Sequence record: PV654397.1 | Strand: one strand, 5' to 3' | Length of the DNA stretch: 64,000 nucleotides | Shown: positions 1 to 9,051 of the stretch, piece by piece | Numbering within the stretch: the stretch's first letter is position 1 | Layout of the letters: each line of letters begins with the position of its first letter | The notes under the pieces: model-generated | What the model was told of the DNA's origin: nothing | What the model saw: only the letters and a program-made list of their open reading frames with translations | Database searches by the model: none | Translations under genes and position numbers: made by a program

Positions 1-152
1 AGGTTACCCGCCCTTTAGCCCCCTACGCATTTTGCCATAGTCCAATCCCTTTTTATTCATAAAAGTCAAGGGATTACCTATGCATTTTTTTAACGCTGAA
101 GTTTAAAAATGCCTTGACTTTTTTATGATTCAGTACTAAATCCCTTTACGCA

Positions 153-362
153 TTAATCCTTCGTTACGCTTACGATTATCTGTGTATCCCCATAGTCCTG
201 CCATACTTCCACGCCAGCCGTCGCCCTGGTTAGTCGTGCTGTCATCTGCTTAATGGTCTTAGGCTTTAGTGGAACCTGTTGCAGTACTGTACGCATAGTA
301 TCATCGACGTTATCGTGTACGCCTGCAATAGTGCCTAGGACGCTGTATACTGTATAGAACAT
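153..362 (-). CDS. hypothetical early protein (69 aa)
   Basis: ORF with AGGAGG SD upstream; no recognisable motif. Confidence 0.75.
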   Translation of the reverse strand: MFYTVYSVLGTIAGVHDNVDDTMRTVLQQVPLKPKTIKQMTARLTRATAGVEVWQDYGDTQIIVSVTKD

Positions 363-430
363 ATGTATGCCCTCCTGATATAGTTAAGGCCGCTACAAGG
401 CGGCCTATGATGTTTGGTGATGTGTAACGC

Positions 431-832
431 TTACAGTCCTAAGATAGTGCGTGCTTCGTTACGTTCCGTGCACAGCTGCATGATGTGAGCAAGTAAGTCC
501 TTGCTAATGTATCCGGTGTTCATAGCTTCACGAATAGATACATCATAAGCACCGAACCCCGTGCGAACGATACGCACATCATTCAGGTTAGTATTATAGA
601 TACCGCCGAGATCAACGGCTTCGAATACTACATCAACAGAATATTCATTGTTGCCATCGTGGAAGTTTTCCAGTGCAATAGTATTGGATACCGCCCAACG
701 TTTGCAGTTTCCAATGATGCGGCACTGTTCCGGTTGGATAGTGCCATTACTTACAGCGTACTCCAGTGCATCTTTACCAAAAGTCCGAGCCAGTACTAAA
801 ACGTCAGCGAAGGAAGTGATTGAGAAGGTCAT
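431..832 (-). CDS. hypothetical early protein (MTFSITSF...)
   Basis: Start trimmed from 895 because the extra codons are the promoter and leader hairpin; AAGGAG precedes the ATG at 832. Confidence 0.75.
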   Translation of the reverse strand: MTFSITSFADVLVLARTFGKDALEYAVSNGTIQPEQCRIIGNCKRWAVSNTIALENFHDGNNEYSVDVVFEAVDLGGIYNTNLNDVRIVRTGFGAYDVSIREAMNTGYISKDLLAHIMQLCTERNEARTILGL

Positions 833-917
833 GATAAAACTCCTTAATTTAGGAGGGAGAACCATTTCCCCCTCTCTATGTAAAACATTATACATGAATC
901 TAAGTACTATGCAAGTA

Positions 918-1253
918 CTATTTCATTTTAATACCTGGATTCAGGTAACGGTGAGAGCCGTATTCTGGAGAGGTTTCGGTCCAGTACAGTAAATCGATAG
1001 TCCCTTTAGCGTTAATCTTATCTACCAGCTTATTCATCTTAGCGTATACTACATCAGCATCGATGCGTTTAAAGCCAGTAGCTTTAGTGAAGTAGTAATG
1101 ATTTACTTCGCTATCGTTAAGGATATACCGAGAACCGTCAGCCGTTTGTGCGACAATGAATGAGAATGATACTTTACGATCAAGGCCGTCGCAGTATACA
1201 GATGAATCATTGGTACGGATGAAAGCTTTAACGATATCGATTGAAGTACTCAT
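918..1253 (-). CDS. hypothetical early protein (111 aa)
   Basis: ORF with GGAG SD and upstream TTGACA promoter. Confidence 0.75.
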   Translation of the reverse strand: MSTSIDIVKAFIRTNDSSVYCDGLDRKVSFSFIVAQTADGSRYILNDSEVNHYYFTKATGFKRIDADVVYAKMNKLVDKINAKGTIDLLYWTETSPEYGSHRYLNPGIKMK

Positions 1254-1399
1254 GGTGAATCTCCTAACTTTGTGGGCCGTCGCACCGTTGCCGCCCTACG
1301 AGATACATTATTGCAGTACTGATATACTTTGTCAATACTTTTTTATTAATAGTTTTAGTTCCACCAGCAGATAGTTACTCACCGTTATTAACTATATAT

Positions 1400-1445
1400 T
1401 TTGGATACACCTATGCACCCTGTGGGCTAGTTTTTGTCTATGCGT
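1400..1445 (-). ncRNA. CCC-N3-GGGUGC motif RNA candidate, copy 1
   Basis: GCCCACAGGGTGC (1415-1427, reverse strand) 21 nt downstream of TTGACT-17-TATTAT; no ORF follows. Confidence 0.45.
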
Positions 1446-1447
1446 AT

Positions 1448-1487
1448 ATAATAGCAAAGGGACTGACCGGAGTCAATCCCTTTTTTT
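1448..1487 (-). promoter_or_regulatory. fused intrinsic terminator and sigma70 promoter
   Basis: Hairpin GGGATTGAC-TCCG-GTCAGTCCC-TTT whose left arm is a TTGACT -35, 17 bp before TATTAT. Confidence 0.7.
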
Positions 1488-1499
1488 ATTCTTTTTTTG

Positions 1500-1700
1500 T
1501 TAGATGATTCTCCAATCATCAACGATCATGGTAAGATACCGAACCAGTGATTCGAGTGATTCGTGTTCTCGATAGTCTGCCGCTCCACCAGCGGTACAAG
1601 TACAGCCGATTAAGCCGTTTTGTAGTTCCTGGATCTTTACGTCGATCTGGTTGGCTTTAGCTTCTTTCAGTACTTCAACCAGGGCGATAGCGATAGACAT
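1500..1700 (-). CDS. hypothetical early protein (66 aa)
   Basis: ORF with GGAG SD behind a leader hairpin. Confidence 0.75.
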   Translation of the reverse strand: MSIAIALVEVLKEAKANQIDVKIQELQNGLIGCTCTAGGAADYREHESLESLVRYLTMIVDDWRII

Positions 1701-1755
1701 AATGTTTTACTCCAAACTATTGGCGGGAGAACTATTCCCCCGCTCTATGTAAAAC

Positions 1756-1783
1756 ATTATACATTACTGGTTAGTACTGTCAA
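1756..1783 (-). promoter_or_regulatory. sigma70-type early promoter (representative of more than 25 similar cassettes in 1-20 kb)
   Basis: TTGACA-16-TATAAT followed by GTTTTACATAGAG and a GC-rich hairpin. Confidence 0.8.
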
Positions 1784-1790
1784 ATAGTTT

Positions 1791-2048
1791 TTATGAAATA
1801 TCTTCGATGTAGTCGGCCCATTTCATTTTTTCAGTACTGTCAATGGCTACCGGATTATTTGGATCAAACCATTCACCATCACCGCAATACATACCCACGG
1901 CTACGGTTTTATAGCCATCCTGGGCCGTACACCACGACATTGCACGATAGATATGGCCTTTAACTGGTTGCAGTACTGGTAACGTTTTATGGTCTTCTAC
2001 GTAGGCCATAGCTTGAGGATTTACCCGATATTGTGTGAACTGATCCAT
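1791..2048 (-). CDS. hypothetical early protein (85 aa)
   Basis: ORF with own TTGACA promoter and AGGGG SD. Confidence 0.7.
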   Translation of the reverse strand: MDQFTQYRVNPQAMAYVEDHKTLPVLQPVKGHIYRAMSWCTAQDGYKTVAVGMYCGDGEWFDPNNPVAIDSTEKMKWADYIEDIS

Positions 2049-2124
2049 TATGTTTCCCCTTGTAGTTAGTAAAGTTATTACATCAGTACTATCAAGCTAT
2101 GTCAATAGTACTGAAATAAAACTT

Positions 2125-2349
2125 TTAGATTAGATTATTGAGGCCGTCAATGGTAGACTCACTTTCTTCTTTCTCCCATTGTCGGTAGTACTTCCATGCT
2201 TCATGATAGGTGGCGATTAGTTCATCTTTTTGATCCTGGTTACATGCCAGTACTGAATCACGGTGAGCGGTGTTATAGATAGAATCGAATGATTTCTTCT
2301 CTTCTGCCAGGTTAGCTACTTCCCGCATCAGTTCATCAAAGTTAGCCAT
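2125..2349 (-). CDS. hypothetical early protein (74 aa)
   Basis: ORF with AAGGAG SD, promoter and leader hairpin. Confidence 0.75.
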   Translation of the reverse strand: MANFDELMREVANLAEEKKSFDSIYNTAHRDSVLACNQDQKDELIATYHEAWKYYRQWEKEESESTIDGLNNLI

Positions 2350-2416
2350 TTTATTACTCCTTTTAGTGGGGGAGGATATCTCCCCCTATGCAAAACATTA
2401 TACTTTGTTTTAGTTA

Positions 2417-2680
2417 TTATGCAAGTACTTTTTTCATATAAACATTAAATTCTACACCGCCGTAACCTTCCACGATGATATGTTTTGCGTTATCACGTTT
2501 GCACATAGTGAAACCGTTGTTGATATGTTCTGCATTTTCCAGGGCGACATCACCGATAGCGGCACATACGGCACTAATAACAGTATTCCGCAAAGTACTG
2601 GTATCATTGGCGGTCATAGTAGTTTGCAGTACTACGTTGTCGTATACGTGTGCATTGATAGTGATTTCGATAGTGTTCAT
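2417..2680 (-). CDS. hypothetical early protein (MNTIEITI...)
   Basis: Start trimmed from 2734; AGGAG SD precedes ATG at 2680. Confidence 0.75.
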   Translation of the reverse strand: MNTIEITINAHVYDNVVLQTTMTANDTSTLRNTVISAVCAAIGDVALENAEHINNGFTMCKRDNAKHIIVEGYGGVEFNVYMKKVLA

Positions 2681-2767
2681 GGTGTATCTCCTGGACTTGA
2701 GGGGAAACCATTTCCCCCTCTCGATATAAAACATTATACGTTAATCTAACTACAATGCAAGTACTTT

Positions 2768-2959
2768 TTAAATTTTATTTCCGATATAGTCCGGTCTATT
2801 CTTTTCGGTCATACGCTTTGCTAATGTCTGCATATGGCTTATAGCGTTCAAGGTGTCTTCCTCCAGGGATGAATCAAGATAATCAGGATCATTCTTCACC
2901 TTGCAATGATTATGATATCGTAGTACTGCCAGTACTTTTTTAACTTCTTCTACTGTCAT
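2768..2959 (-). CDS. hypothetical early protein (63 aa)
   Basis: Start overlaps stop of the upstream gene (translational coupling). Confidence 0.65.
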   Translation of the reverse strand: MTVEEVKKVLAVLRYHNHCKVKNDPDYLDSSLEEDTLNAISHMQTLAKRMTEKNRPDYIGNKI

Positions 2960-3228
2960 AATAAGTACCCCACTTCGTTAGCTTTCAGGTTAGTATCAAT
3001 CATCAGTGGATTTTTGTAGTTCACAAAACGATTAGTTTTTTCGATAGCAAATCCCATATAATCCAGCTTACTAACAGTACATTCATTCTTAAAAACTTCT
3101 TTCGCTGCATCGATTGCTGATTGCATGGATAACCGACCATCTAAATTAATGTTTCCAAATGATCCACCAGCAGAAGTAGGATTACCGTTCATATCTTTAA
3201 TGATCATAGTAGCGGAGTAGCTAGACAT
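2956..3228 (-). CDS. hypothetical early protein (90 aa)
   Basis: ORF with AAGGA SD, promoter and leader hairpin. Confidence 0.75.
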   Translation of the reverse strand: MSSYSATMIIKDMNGNPTSAGGSFGNINLDGRLSMQSAIDAAKEVFKNECTVSKLDYMGFAIEKTNRFVNYKNPLMIDTNLKANEVGYLL

Positions 3229-3281
3229 AATTTTGTTTCCTTTTAGTATCGGGGAGAACTATTCTCCCCTTGATGTAAACT

Positions 3282-3309
3282 ATTATACAGTACTGGTATA
3301 CTTTGTCAA
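3282..3309 (-). promoter_or_regulatory. sigma70-type early promoter with AGTACT 9 bp after the -35
   Basis: TTGACA aagtatacc AGTACT g TATAAT. Confidence 0.8.
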
Positions 3310-3312
3310 TAC

Positions 3313-3534
3313 TTAATTACGGTTAAAATGATATGTGCCTTTATCATCCTGTACGCCCCATACTGATTTACCATCAACACCAGTGAAGCCGGATTGTAAT
3401 TCAATATGGAAACCATTATTATCAACTACAAAAACTTTTTTATTTTCATCCCGATAACATTGATATTCTGAATCAACATTAAAGGCCGCATCATTCAGTA
3501 GATTGGAAGCGTAAATGCAAGTCATTGTAGTCAT
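3313..3534 (-). CDS. hypothetical early protein (73 aa)
   Basis: ORF with AAGGA SD, promoter and leader hairpin. Confidence 0.7.
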   Translation of the reverse strand: MTTMTCIYASNLLNDAAFNVDSEYQCYRDENKKVFVVDNNGFHIELQSGFTGVDGKSVWGVQDDKGTYHFNRN

Positions 3535-3654
3535 GATTTTATTCCTTATTGCCAGGGAGAACCGTTCCCCCTCTCGATATAAAACATTATACTTGATTCT
3601 AAGTACAATGCAAGTACTTTTTAAAAAATAGTTTTCAGTACTGAATACTTATAT

Positions 3655-3705
3655 AATAGATACACTTCCGCACCCTATGGGTCAGTGAGTTATCTCTCAA
3701 TGGAT
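3655..3705 (-). ncRNA. CCC-N3-GGGUGC motif RNA candidate, copy 2
   Basis: TGAG-AGATAA-CTCA hairpin then ACCCATAGGGTGC...GTGTATCT behind a fused terminator/promoter (3708-3746). Confidence 0.5.
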
Positions 3706-3754
3706 ATATAATAGCAAAGGGACTGACCGGAGTCAATCCCTTTTTTAATCTTTT

Positions 3755-4339
3755 TTATCGTGTTACCTTACTTGCTGCCACATCACGCTTTTTATAGTAC
3801 TGATTCCAGATATTGCTGGTTAAACCGTAATCAAGTACTTTAATAAGTCCATTACGATCCTGGCCGATATTCTGTTTTCTGATATCTCTTATCGTTAGTG
3901 TTGATAATGTATCATCAACGTGTTGTAGTGCATCAGCAAAGCGGTGCTGGCGTTCGATTGCATTACGTTTAATATTGTACTTTAATTCATTGCACGCGTT
4001 TACGTGCTTCACACTGCCTTTGCTTGCAGTACTCAACCGATCCATAACGATAAACATATTATCAGGATCGCATAAATGCATATGCACCTTTGCAAAGTAC
4101 TGTTTCAACTGAGGGCGGTCATAGTCTAAAAAATTCCATACCTTACATTCAGTTTCATTTTGTTCTACACCCGCATCACAATTCGCGACCTTAATCACTA
4201 ACCGATCATTTAAAGCGAATACTATACGGGAAGAACCAGCACCGATGATCTCCAGGCCAGCTAACCGACAAGCTGAAAGGATCTCTTTGTTGGTTTCCAT
4301 TTCTGACAGTGTACGGATGAATTTAGTATAATTACGCAT
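3755..4339 (-). CDS. Ser/Thr protein kinase-like protein (T7 gp0.7-type single kinase domain)
   Basis: Gly loop IGAGSSRIVF, LVIKVA Lys, NETE alphaC Glu, catalytic RDIRKQN, DYG (DFG equivalent); start trimmed to MRNYTKF after AAGGAG. Confidence 0.8.
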   Translation of the reverse strand: MRNYTKFIRTLSEMETNKEILSACRLAGLEIIGAGSSRIVFALNDRLVIKVANCDAGVEQNETECKVWNFLDYDRPQLKQYFAKVHMHLCDPDNMFIVMDRLSTASKGSVKHVNACNELKYNIKRNAIERQHRFADALQHVDDTLSTLTIRDIRKQNIGQDRNGLIKVLDYGLTSNIWNQYYKKRDVAASKVTR

Positions 4340-4370
4340 TGCATGTTCTCCTTGAGTTAATGAAACTATA

Positions 4371-4613
4371 TTACAGTACTTTACTATCAATGGCAACTAC
4401 TTTTTTAACATTAACGGCGTGGATCACTTCCTTCGTGTTTTTAGTACTGAATACTTTCGCCGCTCCTTGTTCGACCGTGATACGATAGCGACCATTAACA
4501 TCAACCATATTAATAAAGTCCGGCGTGCTGAATGGTGTTGTTTTACATTTGAGTACTGTTAACAGTTCCACCAGCGATGTAGTTTCTTTGATACGTTTTT
4601 CTAAAGTAATCAT
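4371..4613 (-). CDS. hypothetical early protein (MITLEKRI...)
   Basis: Start trimmed; preceded by a 57-bp promoter cassette near-identical to that at 4890-4946. Confidence 0.7.
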   Translation of the reverse strand: MITLEKRIKETTSLVELLTVLKCKTTPFSTPDFINMVDVNGRYRITVEQGAAKVFSTKNTKEVIHAVNVKKVVAIDSKVL

Positions 4614-4670
4614 TTTGTTTCCCCCGTGTTGGTATGTACATATAGTACTAAAACATTTGAGTACTGTCAA

Positions 4671-4889
4671 TTAGATAATATTATATTTCTTAAAATAAAA
4701 TGCGTCTTGTGTTGGTTGATACTCGATACCGTTACCGTTATTGACTTCAACTAATAAACCTTTGTCAATTAGTTTTTTAATAGTACGATACCCTTGTTGA
4801 AAATTGGTAAAATGTGAATCATTACGAAAGGTATAACCGTGCTTAACTGCTTCATCAATAGTTTTCTTTTCGATTTTAGATAATTTCAT
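4671..4889 (-). CDS. small hypothetical protein, possibly winged-helix-like (MKLSKIEK...)
   Basis: Start trimmed; TIKKLIDKGLLVEV resembles a wHTH recognition helix and wing (weak). Confidence 0.65.
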   Translation of the reverse strand: MKLSKIEKKTIDEAVKHGYTFRNDSHFTNFQQGYRTIKKLIDKGLLVEVNNGNGIEYQPTQDAFYFKKYNII

Positions 4890-4942
4890 TTTGTTTCTCC
4901 CGTGTTGGTATGTGTACATAGTACTAAAACAATTGAGTACTG

Positions 4943-5197
4943 TCAACGTGATATTAGTTTTATTTTCTTATTGTATTGTTGATGCTCATAAAGGTTTATC
5001 TTTCCTGTGTTCTCGATTACTATCCTGTTGTTAGTGTCCACGTCGATTACACGCAGTTTCCCGTTGCTTAACTTCCTAGGTAATAGGTTACCATTAATAA
5101 ACTCATTAGCAAGCTGTACGGCCTTTGTGATGATTCTCTGAGGTGCTTTATAGTGTACCCGTAAGATGTTATCTTTATATAGTTGAACCTTAATCAT
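4943..5197 (-). CDS. hypothetical early protein (84 aa)
   Basis: ORF with AGGA SD. Confidence 0.65.
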   Translation of the reverse strand: MIKVQLYKDNILRVHYKAPQRIITKAVQLANEFINGNLLPRKLSNGKLRVIDVDTNNRIVIENTGKINLYEHQQYNKKIKLISR

Positions 5198-5258
5198 TTT
5201 GTTTGTCCTATAAAAAAGGCGGGAACTGATCCCGCCGTGTTGTTAGTACTGCAAGTTA

Positions 5259-5654
5259 TTAGATAACCTGGCGGCGTTTACTGTATACTGTTACACGATT
5301 ACCCTTACGATCATGTCGGATCTCTTTCTGGTTGCGAATCAGTTCACTTGGACGCTTAAGGTTTGCCAGGTGATCCGCGTGAGTCCATGCGGTGTGGTTT
5401 ACCTGTACTTTGATATCAGAATCAGCGATAAACTCATCTTGTGCGTCAAGTATTGCCGCCAGCATATCCGCTCGTTTTAGTTCTGCTGCTGTCAGTACTG
5501 GCTCAGGTGAATTCACAATATCAGAGATTTCTTTGAACTGTACGGCCCAGCGTTGACCTTTCGGTGCTGTCGTTCCCATGTCTTTAAATGCTGCTCCTTC
5601 CTCGCGTGCAACAATACGGGCAGCTTCACGGGTAGCGTAGAATTTAGTAATCAT
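5259..5654 (-). CDS. early protein, paralog of 18945-19211
   Basis: Shared ATRE.ARI.AR..GA.FKDMG...G.RWA and DRKGNRVTVY segments. Confidence 0.75.
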   Translation of the reverse strand: MITKFYATREAARIVAREEGAAFKDMGTTAPKGQRWAVQFKEISDIVNSPEPVLTAAELKRADMLAAILDAQDEFIADSDIKVQVNHTAWTHADHLANLKRPSELIRNQKEIRHDRKGNRVTVYSKRRQVI

Positions 5655-5749
5655 GGTATACATCCTATTAGTTAAGTTAGTACTACAAGTTAGAGTCTAT
5701 TATAAAGTACTATCTGGGCAATGTCAAATAGTACTTTAAATGGATTCTA

Positions 5750-6073
5750 TTACATGTCTTTCTTACGTTTTACATCGTGGTAGCGAACTGTTATTTCTTT
5801 GTTGATCTCTTCCTCGATGCGGTGAATAACTTTTTCTTTCGGGTTGAAACCTATTACAGTTTCCTTAATGATTTCTAAACCCGTGTACTCGCCTTGTGTG
5901 CCGTAACCGTATGTAAAGGTTTCGTGTCCCAGGTCTTCCCAGCGATCACCAATCAATGCGGACACGTAGCAGGAGTGGTAAGTATTGCCGTGGCTATCAG
6001 TCCACCGATTAACTTTAATGTCAAAGGAGGTTACAATTTTCAGTTCTACTTTCTGGGTAAGGATCATAGCCAT
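5750..6073 (-). CDS. early protein, paralog of 12949-13272
   Basis: Shared RWTDS.GNTYHSC, FTYGY and VKRKKD segments. Confidence 0.8.
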   Translation of the reverse strand: MAMILTQKVELKIVTSFDIKVNRWTDSHGNTYHSCYVSALIGDRWEDLGHETFTYGYGTQGEYTGLEIIKETVIGFNPKEKVIHRIEEEINKEITVRYHDVKRKKDM

Positions 6074-6160
6074 TTTTATTTCTCTCTCTTTGTTAGGAGG
6101 GGAACCATTCCCCTCGCTTGATGTAAACTATTATACAGTACTAAGATACTTTGTCAATAC

Positions 6161-6343
6161 TTATTTTTTGGAAAGTTTACGCATTAATTCTACGCTTTCT
6201 TGTGAACGTTTTGCTACTTGACAAGCTGCATGGGCAGTAAACATTTTTGTATAGTCTGACGCTTTGCCACCGAACCGAGCGGCACGTTCACGGGCACTTG
6301 GAACTAATACGATTTCTTTCTTACAGATAGTGCACTTAGCCAT
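6161..6343 (-). CDS. small basic protein with CxxC...HxxC (possible Zn ribbon)
   Basis: Start trimmed to MAKCTICKK; ends AHAAC. Confidence 0.7.
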   Translation of the reverse strand: MAKCTICKKEIVLVPSARERAARFGGKASDYTKMFTAHAACQVAKRSQESVELMRKLSKK

Positions 6344-6431
6344 TTTAATTTCTCTCTCTTTGTTAGGAGGGGAACCGTTTCCCCTCACTTGATGTAAACT
6401 ATTATACAGTACTAAGATACTTTGTCAATAC

Positions 6432-6707
6432 TTAAGTATTGTAAATGTCGTGAATAGTGATAAAGTTTTTACGACCGTAAACATGTAAATCAGTATCAAT
6501 GTAGTGCTTATCAAGTACATCCTCGACGCTTAAAGACGTGTCGTGAATATCTTCATAAAATTGTGGATCAACAATCGTGCTTAAGTCATCTGGCGTTAAC
6601 TTATCGTTAAGACATTGAACCGCCTGGATATCTGCTTCACGTTTCCATTGTTCCAGATTAGTAGTCAGTACTTGCTCGATTTCGTTAGCTGTAAGTAAAG
6701 TCCGCAT
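6432..6707 (-). CDS. acidic hypothetical early protein (91 aa)
   Basis: ORF with AAGGA SD and own promoter. Confidence 0.7.
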   Translation of the reverse strand: MRTLLTANEIEQVLTTNLEQWKREADIQAVQCLNDKLTPDDLSTIVDPQFYEDIHDTSLSVEDVLDKHYIDTDLHVYGRKNFITIHDIYNT

Positions 6708-6771
6708 TTTAATGTTTCCTTATCAGTGGTTGATGTAAGTATTATACTCGTTTAATTTCTATTGTCAAACT

Positions 6772-6856
6772 ATTTTATCAGGGGAGTTTTTCGTATGTCT
6801 TACTCCTGGACTACTTAACGGGGTTACTTATTTCGTTCCCCGTCCTGATGTAAAAC
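6772..6856 (-). ncRNA. two-hairpin RNA candidate with AAG-N4-ACGAAAA loop, copy A
   Basis: Behind TTGCAT/TATAAT promoter; no start codon; near-identical copy at 18262-18346. Confidence 0.55.
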
Positions 6857-6937
6857 ATTATACTTGATTCTAAGTACAATGCAAGTACTTTTTTAAAAAT
6901 AGTTTTCAGTACTTGATAGTACTAGCCACCAGCAAAC

Positions 6938-6985
6938 AATAGATACATTTATGCACCCTGTGGGCTGATTTGTTTCTATGCGTAT
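6938..6985 (-). ncRNA. CCC-N3-GGGUGC motif RNA candidate, copy 3
   Basis: GCCCACAGGGTGC...ATGTATCT behind a fused terminator/promoter (6986-7023). Confidence 0.45.
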
Positions 6986-7032
6986 ATAATAGCAAAGGGA
7001 CTGACCGGAGTCAATCCCTTTTTCAAATATTT

Positions 7033-7182
7033 TTAAACTTCTTTCGGGTTGCGATATGTGATAGCGTTCGGGTACATTTGTTTAATGTTATTCCATGCCT
7101 GGTTAACATTATAACCACTTGATCGAATCAGTTGGTTATTACCGACACCTTGAAACACTACTTCAAATAAGAATTCTTTCAT
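7033..7182 (-). CDS. small hypothetical protein (49 aa, MKEFLFEV...; not in ORF track)
   Basis: ATGA overlap with upstream gene and GAGGTG SD; ends just before a terminator. Confidence 0.65.
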   Translation of the reverse strand: MKEFLFEVVFQGVGNNQLIRSSGYNVNQAWNNIKQMYPNAITYRNPKEV

Positions 7183-7352
7183 GCTTTCACCTCTCGATCT
7201 GCTTTGCCTTTACGCCAGGCTGTTGCTAATTGTTCGCGTTGCCATAAGTCGAGTGATACGTAAAGTTTTGCATTATCACCCTTCGGATATTCGCCAGTAG
7301 TACCAATCCGATAAAACAGATCTTTCAGTACTGTTAATTCTACCTGGACCAT
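7179..7352 (-). CDS. small hypothetical protein (MVQVELTV...)
   Basis: Start trimmed from 7454; GAGGA SD and leader hairpin. Confidence 0.7.
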   Translation of the reverse strand: MVQVELTVLKDLFYRIGTTGEYPKGDNAKLYVSLDLWQREQLATAWRKGKADREVKA

Positions 7353-7438
7353 TATACTTTCCTCTTTGTTCGGAGGGGAACTATTCCCCTTCCGATATAA
7401 AACATTATACACTTTATTCAGTACTGTGCAAGTACTTT

Positions 7439-7651
7439 TTAATCTTTCAGCCAATGATCCTGAATGAATTTTTCACCGGAACCTTGCTGCATTGATTGTA
7501 ACAGACGTTCGCGATGAGCGGCGGCGAATTGCTCAGTACTATGCGTTACACCTGGTTGATATCTGGATTCACCATTTGGGGCGATGTATTGTACATCCCA
7601 CGGTTTTTCGTTAGTATCAGACCATTTACGAACGATTAGTTGACCTTGCAT
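7439..7651 (-). CDS. hypothetical early protein (70 aa)
   Basis: GAGGA SD, promoter and leader hairpin. Confidence 0.75.
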   Translation of the reverse strand: MQGQLIVRKWSDTNEKPWDVQYIAPNGESRYQPGVTHSTEQFAAAHRERLLQSMQQGSGEKFIQDHWLKD

Positions 7652-7724
7652 TTTTCTTTCCTCTTAGTGGGGAGAATCATTTCTCCCCTTCATGTAAACT
7701 ATTATACAGTACTGGATTGCATTG

Positions 7725-8021
7725 TCAATATTTTATTACTTCTTCGTATAATTTATCTAGTACTTCGTATATTTCATTTAATGCACTTGATTTAAAAGCT
7801 GATAAGCTATACCCTTCATCTTTTAAAAATTTAATAAATTCAGTTGATGACGTGAATCCGATCGTTTCATGTGGGAATGAAAAATCAAACGTTCCTTGCA
7901 TTACGCATTTAAATTCATCAGGTGAAAACGTGTTACCTTTTTCCCGTCGCATAGTGAAAAATGTAACACCTGGAATAAACTTAAGCTGTTCCCGTGATTC
8001 AACTTCAATAACTGTTTTCAT
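7725..8021 (-). CDS. hypothetical early protein (98 aa)
   Basis: GAGGT SD, promoter and leader hairpin. Confidence 0.75.
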   Translation of the reverse strand: MKTVIEVESREQLKFIPGVTFFTMRREKGNTFSPDEFKCVMQGTFDFSFPHETIGFTSSTEFIKFLKDEGYSLSAFKSSALNEIYEVLDKLYEEVIKY

Positions 8022-8104
8022 ATATTACCTCTTAGTGGGGAGAATCATTTCTCCCCTTCATGTAAACTATTATACAGTACTATAATCTATTGTCAAATAC
8101 TTTT

Positions 8105-8293
8105 TTACAGTTTATGAATTAATTCTTTATCTAAGCGATAGCGTACATTATTAATGGTAACAGCATTATTTTTAATGCTACGCTGTACGGGTCCACCAGC
8201 AATAACAAACGTTGCTTTATTGCCCCGAACAATGATAGCACTTCCAGGATTACCGAAATCATCTTGTACTAAAATACTTGATAAGTTTTCCAT
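8105..8293 (-). CDS. hypothetical early protein (62 aa)
   Basis: GAGGA SD, promoter and leader hairpin. Confidence 0.7.
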   Translation of the reverse strand: MENLSSILVQDDFGNPGSAIIVRGNKATFVIAGGPVQRSIKNNAVTINNVRYRLDKELIHKL

Positions 8294-8373
8294 TTTTTTA
8301 TTTCCTCTTAGTAGGGGAAGATGTTTCCCCTTGATGCAAGTACTATAACAGTACTGAAAACTAAATGCAAGTA

Positions 8374-8730
8374 CTATGATAAAATCATGATAGGATATTC
8401 ACTATCTATCAATACCTCGAATCCGAAACCTTCGTACCATTCTTTAAGATTAAAGGCGTTATCTTCTCCCGTATCGCATTCTAAGATGATACAATCTGAA
8501 TCATCTGCGGCATCAATAAAGGCATTCATTAATTCGTTACCTTCACCATTGCCCCGACTATCAGGATCAACATAAAGAGAATCAATAAACGCTACACGGT
8601 CATAATCAAGATCCGGTGCAATGATTCCACGTTTAACAAACCAGTACTGCAATTGTGCTACTTTGCCCTGTACCTGATAACCAGTGATCTCGCCATTGTC
8701 AGTAGTACGCGTGATATGTTGTATTCCCAT
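8374..8730 (-). CDS. GNAT-family N-acetyltransferase
   Basis: Motif A IDSLYVDPDSRGNGEGNELM and motif B WYEGFGF. Confidence 0.85.
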   Translation of the reverse strand: MGIQHITRTTDNGEITGYQVQGKVAQLQYWFVKRGIIAPDLDYDRVAFIDSLYVDPDSRGNGEGNELMNAFIDAADDSDCIILECDTGEDNAFNLKEWYEGFGFEVLIDSEYPIMILS

Positions 8731-8793
8731 GATTACTATCCTCAGTTAAGATATAAAACATTATACACTATCTTTCAGTACTGTCAATACTTT

Positions 8794-9051
8794 TTATCTC
8801 ATAGATCTATGCCAACAATTACGCGGATCTCTTTTAAAAGTACTATCATGATCCTCCTGGCAAGTAATACAATACATGCACCCTATAACGGCCTGGCGTC
8901 GATTCTCAGGGATTTTATCGCCGCAGTCGAGGCAATGTACTAGTGATTCTCTTTGTGCGTTAATTTGCTTTCTAGCGTGGTTAACGGCTGCCTGAATCAC
9001 TGCATGAATCTCGTCTTGTTCGGCCCCGTCTTTCGCGTATCCTACTGCCAT
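8794..9051 (-). CDS. DksA/TraR-family C4 zinc-finger protein (YbiI-like)
   Basis: CLDCGDKIPENRRQAVIGCMYCITCQ matches CxxC-x17-CxxC with IPxxR; N-terminal MAVGYAKDGAEQDEI resembles the TraR/YbiI acidic tip. Confidence 0.85.
   Translation of the reverse strand: MAVGYAKDGAEQDEIHAVIQAAVNHARKQINAQRESLVHCLDCGDKIPENRRQAVIGCMYCITCQEDHDSTFKRDPRNCWHRSMR

Noticed and set aside
6772-6856. Hammerhead or other known ribozyme
   Set aside because: No CUGANGA core with correctly placed GAAA and stems on either strand.
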